Translations under genes and position numbers: made by a program
Notes under the pieces: generated by a model
The model's input: only the letters and a program-made list of their open reading frames with translations
What the model was told of the DNA's origin: nothing
Databases searched by the model: none
In this document: in pieces, positions 48,517 through 59,368 of the stretch
Layout: each line of letters begins with the position of its first letter
Position numbering within the stretch: the first letter of the stretch is position 1
IMG/VR virus record: IMGVR_UViG_3300028196_001171
Origin: an uncultured virus (IMG/VR IMGVR_UViG_3300028196_001171)
Taxonomy: Duplodnaviria; Heunggongvirae; Uroviricota; Caudoviricetes
DNA: 64,000 nt
Direction: 5' to 3' (one strand)

Positions 48517-50234
48517 AAAGAGCAGACATAAAATCCATAGTAGGATGTGCAGCAAATGATTATTCAGGTCAAGTTGCTATTGTTCCTGTAACCAAAAGAG
48601 GTATGAGCAATACTACCGTATCTAGCGGTAGTGGTGAGTATGATGGCGGAGACAGGGTAATAGGATTTGGTAATGGATATGAAATTGATGGTGACTTATT
48701 GTTTACTGTTGGTTGGGGTGATGGCTTTGCTTTAAGGAGACTGAATGATGATGGTACTATGACAAGGTTGTATTGGGAAGAACAATTTCTTTGGAGAGAT
48801 ACAACATCTACATATAATCATCTAAACTCTGTTGCAATAGATAAAGGAAATAAGTTAGGTGTGGCCATGACATATAATGTTGAAGGCTATACTACTTTTG
48901 ATTATAGTGGTTGTGTAAATGGAGGATCAACCTTTATAAAAGATCCAAGGCCTACACACAGCAACCCTGATGTATTTATAGGTTCACAAGATATGGCAGG
49001 TGGATATGTTAATAGAGTAGGTGGTGGGCACTATAGTGGTTTATGTGCAGCTGGGGAATGGGTGTATGCAGCGGATCATGATTCACACCATTACAAGAAA
49101 GTAATGCGTAGAAACTTAAAAACAGGTGCTGAAGAAAGACTAGCAACAAATGATACTAATGTAATGTATCCTGGTTCAGCCCCAGAAGATAGAAATGGAT
49201 ATAGAGGAAAGTGCTTTTATGATGAAGTAAATGATAGAGTATTAAACTCTAGATTTTATAATGCAAACTTTGTACTTATAGTAGATGCTTCAACAGCTAA
49301 ACCCAAAACGGTGTGGTGTGATATGGGTGATGCTGGTCAAGGAGATGATGGGTATGAACATGGTTGGTTTATACCAGATCCTGTAAATGAACCTAATGTG
49401 TTTTGGACAGGATGTAATTCTAGATTTACTTTAATGGATATTACTCCATGTTTTTCAGGGAATACTGCTAAAATAATAGATATAAGGTATGTTGAAGCTC
49501 AAACTCCTGGTAATAATTTTGCTGTAGAAATGAGAGCAGGTACTAAATATCAATCTACTACAGGTGGACAACCTACTGATAAAATGCCTGGGTATCCTAA
49601 TTTTATGCCAACTGCAGCAGATAGAGGAAAAGCTATGAACCCTGGATTTGTAGATTTTGATAATGATAGAATAGCATGTCTTTATAGATATAATGATACT
49701 ACTGAAGATCAAACTTCTTTAGGTAGAGGTAGATCATATAGAACTGACTACGGAAATACTGTAGTAAGAATGTATTCAGCTAACGGAACTCCATGGTGGG
49801 TACAAACGGGATATGGAAGTGATGGAAATGGTTTTAGAATCTGGAGTGATGCATATAGAAATGAATTAATAGAAAACTGGTCACTAGAATATGGAGAGTA
49901 TAAATTAGACAATTCAGCTAATGTTGATTTTGTTTGGTGGAATAGAACAAATTACTTTATACCAAGTGGATGTAGCTTAAGTTATTTTGTTTCTAATGAT
50001 AATGGGACTACCTGGGAAACATATAAAGGAACTGATACAGGAGAACATAACTTTACTTCAGTTGGAAATACATTACGTATAAAAATGTCTGCTTCTGGTG
50101 ATGTTTCAAAAAATGCATATAAAATGGGTGATTCAAAAGATACTATTTTATTTGGTACTAAGTACGCAGCAGAAATGGATCCAGCTATAAAAATGAAAAT
50201 GACTAGATTTAAAATAAAAGGTAAAAAGAAATAA
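48495..50234 (+). CDS. Putative receptor-binding/beta-propeller structural protein
   Basis: 579 aa, aromatic and beta-rich; Asp-box-like SNDNGTTW. Confidence 0.55.
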   Translation: MYKTVNLERADIKSIVGCAANDYSGQVAIVPVTKRGMSNTTVSSGSGEYDGGDRVIGFGNGYEIDGDLLFTVGWGDGFALRRLNDDGTMTRLYWEEQFLWRDTTSTYNHLNSVAIDKGNKLGVAMTYNVEGYTTFDYSGCVNGGSTFIKDPRPTHSNPDVFIGSQDMAGGYVNRVGGGHYSGLCAAGEWVYAADHDSHHYKKVMRRNLKTGAEERLATNDTNVMYPGSAPEDRNGYRGKCFYDEVNDRVLNSRFYNANFVLIVDASTAKPKTVWCDMGDAGQGDDGYEHGWFIPDPVNEPNVFWTGCNSRFTLMDITPCFSGNTAKIIDIRYVEAQTPGNNFAVEMRAGTKYQSTTGGQPTDKMPGYPNFMPTAADRGKAMNPGFVDFDNDRIACLYRYNDTTEDQTSLGRGRSYRTDYGNTVVRMYSANGTPWWVQTGYGSDGNGFRIWSDAYRNELIENWSLEYGEYKLDNSANVDFVWWNRTNYFIPSGCSLSYFVSNDNGTTWETYKGTDTGEHNFTSVGNTLRIKMSASGDVSKNAYKMGDSKDTILFGTKYAAEMDPAIKMKMTRFKIKGKKK

Positions 50235-50235
50235 A

Positions 50236-53200
50236 ATGGCAACAACACCAGGATCACAAAGGCTTTTAAACCTAGATGGAAATAATTTTACTACTTCAGT
50301 AACACTTGGAGCTGGTGGTACATTGTTGGATTCAGATGGGGATGCAGGAACTAAAGGACAAATACTTTCTTCAACAGGAGGTGCAACAAATTGGATTGAT
50401 GTACCCACGGATGCAAATAATTATGTATCTGGTATTAGCTTTGCTACAGGAACTGGTGTATTAACATTGACACGTTCAGGTCTAGCAGATCTTACAGTAG
50501 ATTTAGATGGTAGATATTTAACATCTGCTTCAAACTTTTATCTTGATGGTATAACTAAATCAGGTAACACACTTACGTTTAGCGTTAGTGGTACTACAAA
50601 TCAAACATATACATATGGAAGTAATGCATTTAATAGTTCTACTATTTATGCTGAGCCGGGTATATTTAGTGGTGGTGGTACACCAACTTTAGCTTCCGGT
50701 GTAACTGGAGCAGAAGTAAGGTCATTAATTGGGGCTGGAACAGGTTCAGGATCTATGAGTTCTTGGACAATAAAAGAAGGTAATGGTACTGAATCAACTG
50801 CTGTTACTAATGGAGAAACATTTACTATTGCTCAGGGTACAGGTATTACATCTGAGATGACATCAACAAGTAGTGGTGGAACTATAACTATTACTAACAC
50901 ATTACCAGATACCGGTAGACCTGCAATATTATCTGATGGTACAAGTCCAACTCTAAATACAGGAATAAGTGCCTCAGAGGTAAGAACTCTTATAGGGGCA
51001 GGTACAGGAAGTGGTACGTCAAACTTAGTTATTGGTACAACAGCAACAACTGCTATGGCAGGTAATACAACAACTATTACTTCTCAACAGGCAACAGATA
51101 TTGCAAATAACAATAAGAAAGTAACTGATTCAGGAGTACCAGCAGTTTTATCTAACGGAACAACTCCTTCATTAAATTCAGGAATATCAGCTGCAGAAAT
51201 GAGAAGTCTCATTGGAGCAGGTACAGGTAATGGATCATCTAATTTAGTAATTGGAACTACTTCTACTACAGCTAAGGCGGGTAATATAACTACTATTACA
51301 ACTGCTCAAGCACAAGCAATTACTGCAAATACTGCTAAGAAAACTGATACAGGAACACCGGCAATACTTTCAAATGGAAGTACACCAACTCTTAATTCAG
51401 GAATTAGTGCTGCAGAAGTTAGAACATTAATTGGTGCAGGTACTAGCTCAAGCTCCGGTGTAACAAGTGTTGCATCTGGAAATACTAATACATTAACTAC
51501 GAGTGGAACAACATCAGTAACACTAACACCAAAAACTGGTACTGTAAGTTCTTCATCTACTAATTTAGCAACAGGTGCTCAAATACAAACTGCAATTAAT
51601 TCTGCGGTAACAGGTGTATTGAAATATATAGGAACCTGGAATGCAGCTACTAACGTACCTGCGTTGGCTAGTGCTAAAGGAACTCCAGGTGAATACTATA
51701 TTGTTTCTACTGCAGGTTCTACAAACTTAGATGGTATTACTGATTGGGCAGTAGGTGATTGGGCAGTATTCTCTGACCTGGCTACAGATGCTTGGCAGAA
51801 AATAGATAATACTCAAGTAGGTAATGTAACAGGTAGTGGTTCATCAGGAAGAGTTGCTTATTGGAATGGCAGTAGTAATATAACAAGTGATGCAGGATTA
51901 ACATTTAATGGCAGTACAAATGCTTTAGCTGTTAGTGGTGCAGTAACTTGGAGTGGTGGAGGATCAACAGAATCTAATTCTGCATATGACAATATGATTA
52001 CTGGATTTGGTAATTCAGGTTCTTCTACAAAAACACTTACTCTTACACAACAAGATGGTGGTACTTTAACCACATCATTTAGTATTCCACAAGGTACTAT
52101 GTCTTCATGGACTATTAAAGAAGGGAATGGAACAGAAAGTACAGCAGTTACAAATGGTGAGACATTAACAATAGCACAAGGTAGTGGTATACAATCAGAA
52201 ATGACTTCCACATCTAGTGGAGGTACTATTACTATTACAAATACAGATGGAGGTTCTGCTCAGTCTATATTTAAAAACGTAACTAATGGTAAAGGTATTA
52301 TTAAAGCGGGTAGCAATAATGATACTTTAACTTTAGTAGGTTGTAAAGGAACAGATGTAATAATTGATGAAGAATCAAGAACTGTTACTATTTGTGCAGA
52401 TCAACAAACCCTTTCTGTAGTAGGTCAAACACTTACAATTAGTGATGGTAACTCTGTAACAATGCCAACTAATACAGGCCCTCAAGGTCCTAAAGGAGAC
52501 ACAGGGTCTCAAGGAATACAAGGTGTTAAGGGAGATACAGGATCACAAGGTATACAAGGAATACAAGGAATACGTGGATTAACTGGAGCAGCAGGAGCCA
52601 AAGGTGATACAGGAGCAGCCGGTGCTGCAGGTGCTAAGGGAGATACCGGTGCTGCAGGAACTAATGGTACCAATGGTGCAAAAGGAGATACTGGTGATAA
52701 AGGTGCTACTGGATCACAGGGTATTCAAGGTAATCCGGGTACAGCCGGAGCTAAGGGAGATACGGGTGCACGTGGTGCTACTGGATCTGCTGGTGCAGCA
52801 GGAGCAAAAGGAGACACGGGATCTCAAGGTCTAAAAGGTGATACTGGTTCCCAAGGTCCAGCCGGGCCTAATGGTGGAACATATCACTATACTAATTCAG
52901 GTGATAACGCAAGTAAATTTAGATTCTGGGGTACTTCAGCTACTTATGGTCTAGGAATGCAATCAGGTCAATCTTACGGTTACTTAAATGACTATGCTAC
53001 AGTATTTCAAATGAATAATGATGCAGACCGAGGATGGGTTTGGAAATATGAAGGTCAGTCAAATAGTGACGGTGCAATGTCATTAACAACTACTGGTCAA
53101 TTAAAACTTAAAGGAGTTGCGGATGTAGGATCTGTTAAAATAGACGGTAATGAAGTAATTAATATTAAAGGAGACTGGGTAGGTAATCCAACAGGTTTGA

Positions 53201-53694
53201 CAGGACCTAAAGGGGATACAGGAGATACGGGAGCAAGAGGTGCTACAGGTACTACCGGTGCCCAGGGACCAGCTGGAGCTAAAGGAAATACAGGTTCACA
53301 AGGACCGGCAGGAAGTAATGGTACTGATGGTAGTGATGGAGCACCAGGAGCAACTGGAGCAACTGGACCTAGAGGTGCAACCGGATCAACTGGTGCTACA
53401 GGTAGTCAAGGCCCGCAAGGCCCACAAGGTGATAAAGGGCCAACTGGTAGTCAAGGGCCAACAGGTTCTAGAGGACCTACTGGTAATACTGGATCAACGG
53501 GAAGTCAAGGACCACAAGGAATACAGGGACCTGCTGGACCTGCAGGAAGTGATGGTGGTGGAAGTATTTTTGTAAATGGAAAACCAAACAGTATAAAATC
53601 TCAAGAGTATTTTACTGAAGGTAAATTTAAATATTTACTAATTACTTTTGAAGATGGAAGCACAGCTTGTGTAACATTAAGTGTTTGCCCGTAA
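50236..53694 (+). CDS. Long tail fibre with internal repeats and two collagen-like regions
   Basis: Gly-X-Y runs at about 52477-52870 and 53190-53550; repeated PAILS.G..PTL..GISA.E.R.LIGAGT and [11 protein letters not shown] modules. Confidence 0.85.
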   Translation: MATTPGSQRLLNLDGNNFTTSVTLGAGGTLLDSDGDAGTKGQILSSTGGATNWIDVPTDANNYVSGISFATGTGVLTLTRSGLADLTVDLDGRYLTSASNFYLDGITKSGNTLTFSVSGTTNQTYTYGSNAFNSSTIYAEPGIFSGGGTPTLASGVTGAEVRSLIGAGTGSGSMSSWTIKEGNGTESTAVTNGETFTIAQGTGITSEMTSTSSGGTITITNTLPDTGRPAILSDGTSPTLNTGISASEVRTLIGAGTGSGTSNLVIGTTATTAMAGNTTTITSQQATDIANNNKKVTDSGVPAVLSNGTTPSLNSGISAAEMRSLIGAGTGNGSSNLVIGTTSTTAKAGNITTITTAQAQAITANTAKKTDTGTPAILSNGSTPTLNSGISAAEVRTLIGAGTSSSSGVTSVASGNTNTLTTSGTTSVTLTPKTGTVSSSSTNLATGAQIQTAINSAVTGVLKYIGTWNAATNVPALASAKGTPGEYYIVSTAGSTNLDGITDWAVGDWAVFSDLATDAWQKIDNTQVGNVTGSGSSGRVAYWNGSSNITSDAGLTFNGSTNALAVSGAVTWSGGGSTESNSAYDNMITGFGNSGSSTKTLTLTQQDGGTLTTSFSIPQGTMSSWTIKEGNGTESTAVTNGETLTIAQGSGIQSEMTSTSSGGTITITNTDGGSAQSIFKNVTNGKGIIKAGSNNDTLTLVGCKGTDVIIDEESRTVTICADQQTLSVVGQTLTISDGNSVTMPTNTGPQGPKGDTGSQGIQGVKGDTGSQGIQGIQGIRGLTGAAGAKGDTGAAGAAGAKGDTGAAGTNGTNGAKGDTGDKGATGSQGIQGNPGTAGAKGDTGARGATGSAGAAGAKGDTGSQGLKGDTGSQGPAGPNGGTYHYTNSGDNASKFRFWGTSATYGLGMQSGQSYGYLNDYATVFQMNNDADRGWVWKYEGQSNSDGAMSLTTTGQLKLKGVADVGSVKIDGNEVINIKGDWVGNPTGLTGPKGDTGDTGARGATGTTGAQGPAGAKGNTGSQGPAGSNGTDGSDGAPGATGATGPRGATGSTGATGSQGPQGPQGDKGPTGSQGPTGSRGPTGNTGSTGSQGPQGIQGPAGPAGSDGGGSIFVNGKPNSIKSQEYFTEGKFKYLLITFEDGSTACVTLSVCP

Positions 53695-53721
53695 TCAATT
53701 TTAATATTTAAACTAACTATT

Positions 53722-54159
53722 ATGACAAAGAAGAAAAAAACGTCAACTAAGAAAAAAGTAACAAAAAAGAAAGTTGTCAAGAAGGTTGTTAAAAAAGTAC
53801 AGGCACCTGTAGTTAAAGAGCACTTATCTCAAAGATTTTATTTTGATATTGAGTCTTTAGTTACAGATGGTAATTCTTTAATAAAGGAGATAGTATTTAC
53901 TTATACAGGTTCATTAGTAATACCCAAGTCATTAAAATTAACATATGAAAAGAAAAGTGTTACTGTACACGGATCATACATTGTAAAAGATACTGATGAA
54001 GGAGTTGTAGTAACACAAGATTATAAATCATTATCTAAAAATGATGTAAAAACATTTTTAATAAAGTATTTACGGGATGATTATATAACAGGAATGCAGA
54101 ATATAATTAAGAAAGATTTATTACCTGATACAAATTTAGTTGTTGATCTTCCTTGGTAG
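53722..54159 (+). CDS. Hypothetical protein with Lys-rich N-terminus
   Basis: MTKKKKTSTKKKVTKKKVVKKVVKK; ends LPW, like fibre-associated proteins. Confidence 0.65.
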   Translation: MTKKKKTSTKKKVTKKKVVKKVVKKVQAPVVKEHLSQRFYFDIESLVTDGNSLIKEIVFTYTGSLVIPKSLKLTYEKKSVTVHGSYIVKDTDEGVVVTQDYKSLSKNDVKTFLIKYLRDDYITGMQNIIKKDLLPDTNLVVDLPW

Positions 54160-54213
54160 TTTAGAAAATATTATTATCTTTGAAGAGTATACAAATTTTA
54201 AAAACCAATTATA

Positions 54214-54468
54214 ATGGCAAAATCAAAAAAAGCAAAGAAAATTTCTGCAAAGGAATTAGAAGAAGTAAAAGTAAAGCAAAATGAAATCAATACTTTATTG
54301 ATGAATATAGGTAATGCTGAACTTGTAAAAAATCAACTTGTGTCTAGACATATTGAACTTCAAGCAGAATGGAAAGATATGAGTGTAGCTTTAGAAGAAA
54401 AGTATGGATCTGTAAACATTAGTTTAGAAGATGGTACTATTAGTGATATAGAAGAAGAAAAAGCTTAG
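54214..54468 (+). CDS. Small coiled-coil protein
   Basis: LEEKYGSVNISLEDGTI; host-type promoter TATCTTTG at 54175-54182. Confidence 0.7.
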   Translation: MAKSKKAKKISAKELEEVKVKQNEINTLLMNIGNAELVKNQLVSRHIELQAEWKDMSVALEEKYGSVNISLEDGTISDIEEEKA

Positions 54469-54597
54469 ACTTACTTTACATATTTACTTAAACAAAATTT
54501 TAAAACCAGGCATTAGTTGTTTGGTTTTAAAATTTTTTGTATATTATTATTGTATAGTTTACAAGCAAACATTACATTATAATAAAATTAAGTATCT

Positions 54598-56823
54598 ATG
54601 ATCCCAACAAGCTCAAGTGCCTCAACAAACGGGTGTGACAATATATCATCTAATTGTGTAGTGTGGCAAGGTCCAGATATTGCATGTATTGATTTATGTA
54701 CAGGTGATACAATAACTGATGTTACAGCAAAACTAGCAACTAAAGTTTGTGATATAATTACTAACGGGGTTGATGCTAATCCTAATCTTAGTGGATTAAA
54801 CCTTACTTGTTTAAATATTCAAGGTCAAACACCAACAACTTTGGTACCTGTACTACAGGAAATGGTTAACCAAATTTGTGCTAATAGTTCCGGTTCAACT
54901 ATAGGAACAAGCTCAAATTTAGCTAGATCAATACAAACAACAGATAGTTTGCCTATAATGACATTGCCTGCATGTATGCAGTACAATGATAAAAATGGAA
55001 ATCCTGTTACACAATTACGTTTAGATTTATTTGCAAGTTTAATTGCCAATCAGGTATGTACTAACTTAGAAAGTATTCAAATTATAAATACAACTCTTTC
55101 AAGTTATAATGATAGGTTAAATACATTAGAAGCATGTGTTTTACCATGTTCTGGAGTTGTGGCTGAAAAACAAGTTATACCAACTTGTATTATTAATGTA
55201 GGTAATTTAACAGATGTATCAGTACTTCTTCTTGCTTTAGAACAAAGATTTTGTGCTTTAGAAAGTGCTGTTGGAACACCAACACAGATAAACTCTGCAA
55301 TAAGTCAAACTTCATTGATAGGGACTACAAGTTCATTATCATCAGAAGCAACATACGGTTCTATAACTGGATATAATAATAATCCTAGTACACTTGCACA
55401 AAGTATTCAAAATGCATGGATTGTTATTGATGATCTATATAATGCAGTTTCATCTATACAAACAAATTGTTGTCCAACAGGTTGTGATAGTGTAGTTTTT
55501 GGATATACAACAAGTAATATTTTAAATGCTGCAGGAGCTATAGATGCTATAAACTTTGATTTCACATCATCATCTATACCATCTTCATTTACAACACCTG
55601 CTGGATCTTCTGTTATTACTTTAACAGATTCACTTGGTTCAAGTGCAACAGCAACAGTAGATGTGACGCAGCTACAATCTAACGGGGGAGGTTACAATTT
55701 TCCAATACCAACATTAAATCAGTATGGAAATATAAGTGTCTCTGTAGACTTTAAAGTTACTGACGGAACATCAACTTGTGAATCAGTTGATTCTTCAGTT
55801 ATAGATGGTGTAATCCCTTGTCCAAGTATAGTATTTACAGATATGACAGTATCAGGCGGTAATGCAAACTTTACAAATTTACTAGGCTTAACAGCACAGT
55901 ATACCTTAATAATTAAAGAAGCTTCAACAAGCAATGTTGTTGGTACATATGTTATTAATAATCCAGGTCCACAAGTTACACAACCAATAGGAGGACTAAC
56001 TGCAGCAACAACGTATACTGCAGAGCTTCAAATTATAATAAATGGTCAAACAAAAGAGTGTGACAAAGTAGATTTTAATACTGCATCAGCAAGTGCACCG
56101 TGTGATGCTGGTATGGATGTAGCATTTATTATTGACTACACAGGAAGCATGGGTAGTGAAATAAACGATATTAAAGCAGGTATGGCTGGTATAATTAATA
56201 CCATAGATACTTCTTCAGGATCTAATAACTATAGAATAGGTATAGTAACTGTTGATGAAGAACAAGCCTCAGACCCACCAAAATATGCAGCATGTGTAGA
56301 TTATACATCATTACCTTCTTCACAAAAAATTGCTAATACAGGAATTGGAGTAACTCAATATGTAACAGCATGGGAAATGTTCCAAGACAATAATGGAACA
56401 ACAGCAAATACTCAAGTTCAAAAACTTAATGGTGGTGTAGATGGTACATGTGTACAAATAGGTGATGGAGTTAATGGTCCTGAACCAACAGATATGGCAA
56501 TAGGTCAAGTACTAACTGGAAACTTTTTAAATGCATTTAGACCTAATGTGGCTAAATACATTGTTGTAATAACTGATGTATTACCAAGCGGTGATGATGA
56601 TGCATTTGATCCAACTGATTATGCTTATATAGGTCAATTAACCTCTCAGGCAAATAATCAAGGTGTTAAAATAATTGTATTAGGTTCTGGTGTAAATGCA
56701 ACATATAATAATGGAGGAACAATAGTTTATCCGTGGAGAGAGTTAGCAGTTAATACTAGTGGATCTTGGAATGAAAATGAAGATCCTTCAACTATAAACG
56801 CACAGCTTATAGCAAGCTGCTAA
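54598..56823 (+). CDS. Cys-rich structural protein with FN3-like and C-terminal VWA domain
   Basis: N-terminal GCDNISSNCVVWQGPDIACIDLC; GLTAATTYT; MIDAS DVAFIIDYTGSM, VITD. Confidence 0.75.
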   Translation: MIPTSSSASTNGCDNISSNCVVWQGPDIACIDLCTGDTITDVTAKLATKVCDIITNGVDANPNLSGLNLTCLNIQGQTPTTLVPVLQEMVNQICANSSGSTIGTSSNLARSIQTTDSLPIMTLPACMQYNDKNGNPVTQLRLDLFASLIANQVCTNLESIQIINTTLSSYNDRLNTLEACVLPCSGVVAEKQVIPTCIINVGNLTDVSVLLLALEQRFCALESAVGTPTQINSAISQTSLIGTTSSLSSEATYGSITGYNNNPSTLAQSIQNAWIVIDDLYNAVSSIQTNCCPTGCDSVVFGYTTSNILNAAGAIDAINFDFTSSSIPSSFTTPAGSSVITLTDSLGSSATATVDVTQLQSNGGGYNFPIPTLNQYGNISVSVDFKVTDGTSTCESVDSSVIDGVIPCPSIVFTDMTVSGGNANFTNLLGLTAQYTLIIKEASTSNVVGTYVINNPGPQVTQPIGGLTAATTYTAELQIIINGQTKECDKVDFNTASASAPCDAGMDVAFIIDYTGSMGSEINDIKAGMAGIINTIDTSSGSNNYRIGIVTVDEEQASDPPKYAACVDYTSLPSSQKIANTGIGVTQYVTAWEMFQDNNGTTANTQVQKLNGGVDGTCVQIGDGVNGPEPTDMAIGQVLTGNFLNAFRPNVAKYIVVITDVLPSGDDDAFDPTDYAYIGQLTSQANNQGVKIIVLGSGVNATYNNGGTIVYPWRELAVNTSGSWNENEDPSTINAQLIASC

Positions 56824-56839
56824 AATAAAATAATAAAAG

Positions 56840-57397
56840 ATGGCATGTAATTGTTCAAATAATAGTAGTAATTGTGGATGCAGTGATGTTGCATTAACTA
56901 ACCCTTGCTCATACACAGATTGTAGTGTTGGAAGTGAAAGATGTGAAGATATACAATGTGCTTCATGTGTAAGTTATTGTGGTACGTCTTTTCAAATAGG
57001 TGATTCTGGTAGTAAAATAGTTATAACTTCTGGTGAAAGACTTGATTCTATTATACAGAAGTTTTCTATGATTTTAGCAAATGGGTTAGGTACTTGTACA
57101 TCAGATGATGTTCAACATGACCCATATAATGTATATGCAGGTGTAGTTACTAAAAACTCTGCAGAGGTTCTGTGGAATGGAGTATGGAGCAATAGTACTG
57201 GTATAAATATTTATATAGATACGCAAATTAACCCACAAGGATGGACATTAGTAAACACCACACCTATAGTGCCAACTACAAATAATTTTAAAATAACAAA
57301 TCTAGTTCCAAACACTCTTTACAAAATTAAAGTTGTAGATGCAGGTATAGGTGCTGGCTGTATACCTATTGAAATTTTAATTTCAACAGGAGCATAA
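56840..57397 (+). CDS. Cys-rich protein with FN3-like domain
   Basis: MACNCSNNSSNCGCS...; ITNLVPNTLYKIKV. Confidence 0.7.
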   Translation: MACNCSNNSSNCGCSDVALTNPCSYTDCSVGSERCEDIQCASCVSYCGTSFQIGDSGSKIVITSGERLDSIIQKFSMILANGLGTCTSDDVQHDPYNVYAGVVTKNSAEVLWNGVWSNSTGINIYIDTQINPQGWTLVNTTPIVPTTNNFKITNLVPNTLYKIKVVDAGIGAGCIPIEILISTGA

Positions 57398-57404
57398 TAA
57401 AATA

Positions 57405-57481
57405 ACAACAGGTGGTGGTTTGTTGGTTTTCTACTACAAACGTTGGAAGAGGCCGGGTTTAACTCCGGTCTCTTTTTTTTT
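57405..57481 (+). ncRNA. Candidate structured small RNA / 3' UTR element: seed-loop hairpin plus terminator
   Basis: Stem GTGGTGG (57412-18)/CTACTAC (57431-37) with two G-U pairs closes the loop TTTGTTGGTTTT; followed by AGAGGCCGGG/TCCGGTCTCT and a T run. Confidence 0.5.
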
Positions 57482-57512
57482 CTTATCTTTACAATAATCA
57501 AAAAAATTTTTT

Positions 57513-58736
57513 ATGGACAATTTAAAACAGAGAGTATTAGAATCATTAAAGTGGAAAAAGCATCCTTCAATCAGTAGTGAAAGACTAGGTATAAGTGAAA
57601 AGCAATATAAAAAAATAAAGAAAGAGTTACTTACTGAAAGAAAAAATAAAAAGAAAAAATCAATATTTTTTAGCAAAGCAGCAGAAAATGCTCAAGTTGT
57701 TGAAGCAATTGATTTAGAAAAGGGAGAAGGTAAAATCTCAGGAACTTTTGATCATGAGCCTAAAAGCGCAGAAGAAATAATTGAGTTACTAAAAATAGAT
57801 ACTGATAGATGGAAACTATCTCAGTATTGGAACAAACAAATGGGTGATCACTGGAGAGTGTCAGCATTAGTATCTCAGATTAAAAACCCAGAAGAAAAGC
57901 TTTTTAAAGAGCTATTAGAAAGCTGGAAACCTAAGACATATAAATTACCTAAAGTAAATCTAAAAAATATTGTTTCAAAAGACCCTGTGTGTGGTGTCAT
58001 ATCATTACAAGATATTCATTTTGGTAAAGAAGGTAATGATACCATAGATAAAGACTTTGAAGATACTGTAAGATATCTTATAGATAAGGCAGCACCTGTT
58101 AATTATATAGAAAAAATGTATTTTGTTGTAGGAGGTGATTTAATCAACATGGATACATTTGATGGGACTACCACTAGCGGAACAGGATTAAATAACTGTA
58201 TGCCTGCTACAGAAGCTTATATGCAAGCATTTGATGCAATGCACTGGGCTATAAATTACATTAAAGCATATTGTAAAGAATTAGTTGTTGTATATGTTCC
58301 AGGTAATCATGATAGATTATCTTCTTTTCATTTAGTCCATGCTTTATCTAAATCTATTGTTAGTGATGAGATAGTATGGGATACCAAATATGAAGAAAGG
58401 AAAGTTCATGTATGGCATAACAACTTTAATGCATTTGAGCATGGTGATAAACGTAGTAAAAATAACCCATTAATATACGCATCAGAGTATCCAAAAGAAT
58501 GGGGTGCTACAACAAACAGAACATTATTTAAAGGTCACATACATACAGATAGGAAAGTAGAATATATGACATCTAATGAAACAGCTGGTTTTATAGAGAA
58601 GACACTTCCAAGTTTAGGAAAGACAGACTACTACCACTATAGTAACAAGTATGTGGGTAATAGAAGATCTGGTAAATTAGAAATTCAACACCCAACAATG
58701 GGAAATATATGCGTATTAACTTATCAAGCAATATAA
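57513..58736 (+). CDS. Calcineurin-like metallophosphoesterase with N-terminal extension
   Basis: DIHFG, GGDLIN, PGNHD, EHGD, GHIH. Confidence 0.85.
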   Translation: MDNLKQRVLESLKWKKHPSISSERLGISEKQYKKIKKELLTERKNKKKKSIFFSKAAENAQVVEAIDLEKGEGKISGTFDHEPKSAEEIIELLKIDTDRWKLSQYWNKQMGDHWRVSALVSQIKNPEEKLFKELLESWKPKTYKLPKVNLKNIVSKDPVCGVISLQDIHFGKEGNDTIDKDFEDTVRYLIDKAAPVNYIEKMYFVVGGDLINMDTFDGTTTSGTGLNNCMPATEAYMQAFDAMHWAINYIKAYCKELVVVYVPGNHDRLSSFHLVHALSKSIVSDEIVWDTKYEERKVHVWHNNFNAFEHGDKRSKNNPLIYASEYPKEWGATTNRTLFKGHIHTDRKVEYMTSNETAGFIEKTLPSLGKTDYYHYSNKYVGNRRSGKLEIQHPTMGNICVLTYQAI

Positions 58737-58774
58737 AGACCTCACTTTAAATTTCATTAAGTGGGGTTTTTTTT
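58735..58774 (+). terminator. Intrinsic terminator
   Basis: GACCTCACTTTAA...TTAAGTGGGGTT followed by a T run. Confidence 0.65.
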
Positions 58775-58796
58775 GTAAATTATAAATGTAGACTGT

Positions 58797-59363
58797 ATGA
58801 TTAATAATTTTAAAAAACCTGATTTGAATGCTCCAAGATACAGACAAAAAAGATTGGGGTTATTAAATGAAGAAACATATAGAGAATTCAAAGAAAAAAA
58901 ACCTTTGTATTCTAAAATAGATAATAAGAAGCTAAAAAAAATAATTAAAACATATAATGAAAACTTATGGCATGCTGTGATAGATAATAGAGATGGTGTT
59001 GAATTACCTGATTCATTAGGATTTATGTTTATTGGAACATGCCCTAACGCTAAATCAGTTAATACAAATTATGCATTATCTAATCAGTATGGTAAAGTTT
59101 TACAAAACAAGAACTGGGAAACAGATGGTAATTTAGGAAAAATATTTTATACAAACTGGTCAACAAAGTACAGATTTAAAAACAGAGAACTTTGGAGATT
59201 TAAAGCATGTAGAAATTTTAAAAGAACAGTTGCCAAAGAATACCCAAAGAATTGGACAAAGTATGTTATAATGAAAAATAAGTATAGGGTAGCTCATCTT
59301 TATGATAAGACACCTGATAAAACTAATGAAGCTCTTAAAGATTATAATGAATTTGAAATATAA
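58797..59363 (+). CDS. HU/IHF-like basic protein
   Basis: GVELPDSLGFMFI...FKACRNFKR. Confidence 0.55.
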   Translation: MINNFKKPDLNAPRYRQKRLGLLNEETYREFKEKKPLYSKIDNKKLKKIIKTYNENLWHAVIDNRDGVELPDSLGFMFIGTCPNAKSVNTNYALSNQYGKVLQNKNWETDGNLGKIFYTNWSTKYRFKNRELWRFKACRNFKRTVAKEYPKNWTKYVIMKNKYRVAHLYDKTPDKTNEALKDYNEFEI

Positions 59364-59368
59364 AAACT

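Noticed and set aside
52604..53575. Alternative-frame ORFs (76 and 111 aa) in the fibre gene
   Set aside because: Shadow frames produced by Gly-X-Y collagen codon periodicity
54495..54537. TTGTTTGGTTTTAAAA as a second antisense seed
   Set aside because: It is paired within its own hairpin (AAAATTTTAAAACCA...TGGTTTTAAAATTTT), consistent with a terminator rather than an exposed loop
44248..56823. Diversity-generating retroelement targeting fibres
   Set aside because: No reverse transcriptase and no near-identical template/variable repeat pair with adenine-specific differences were seen; the repeats differ at synonymous positions
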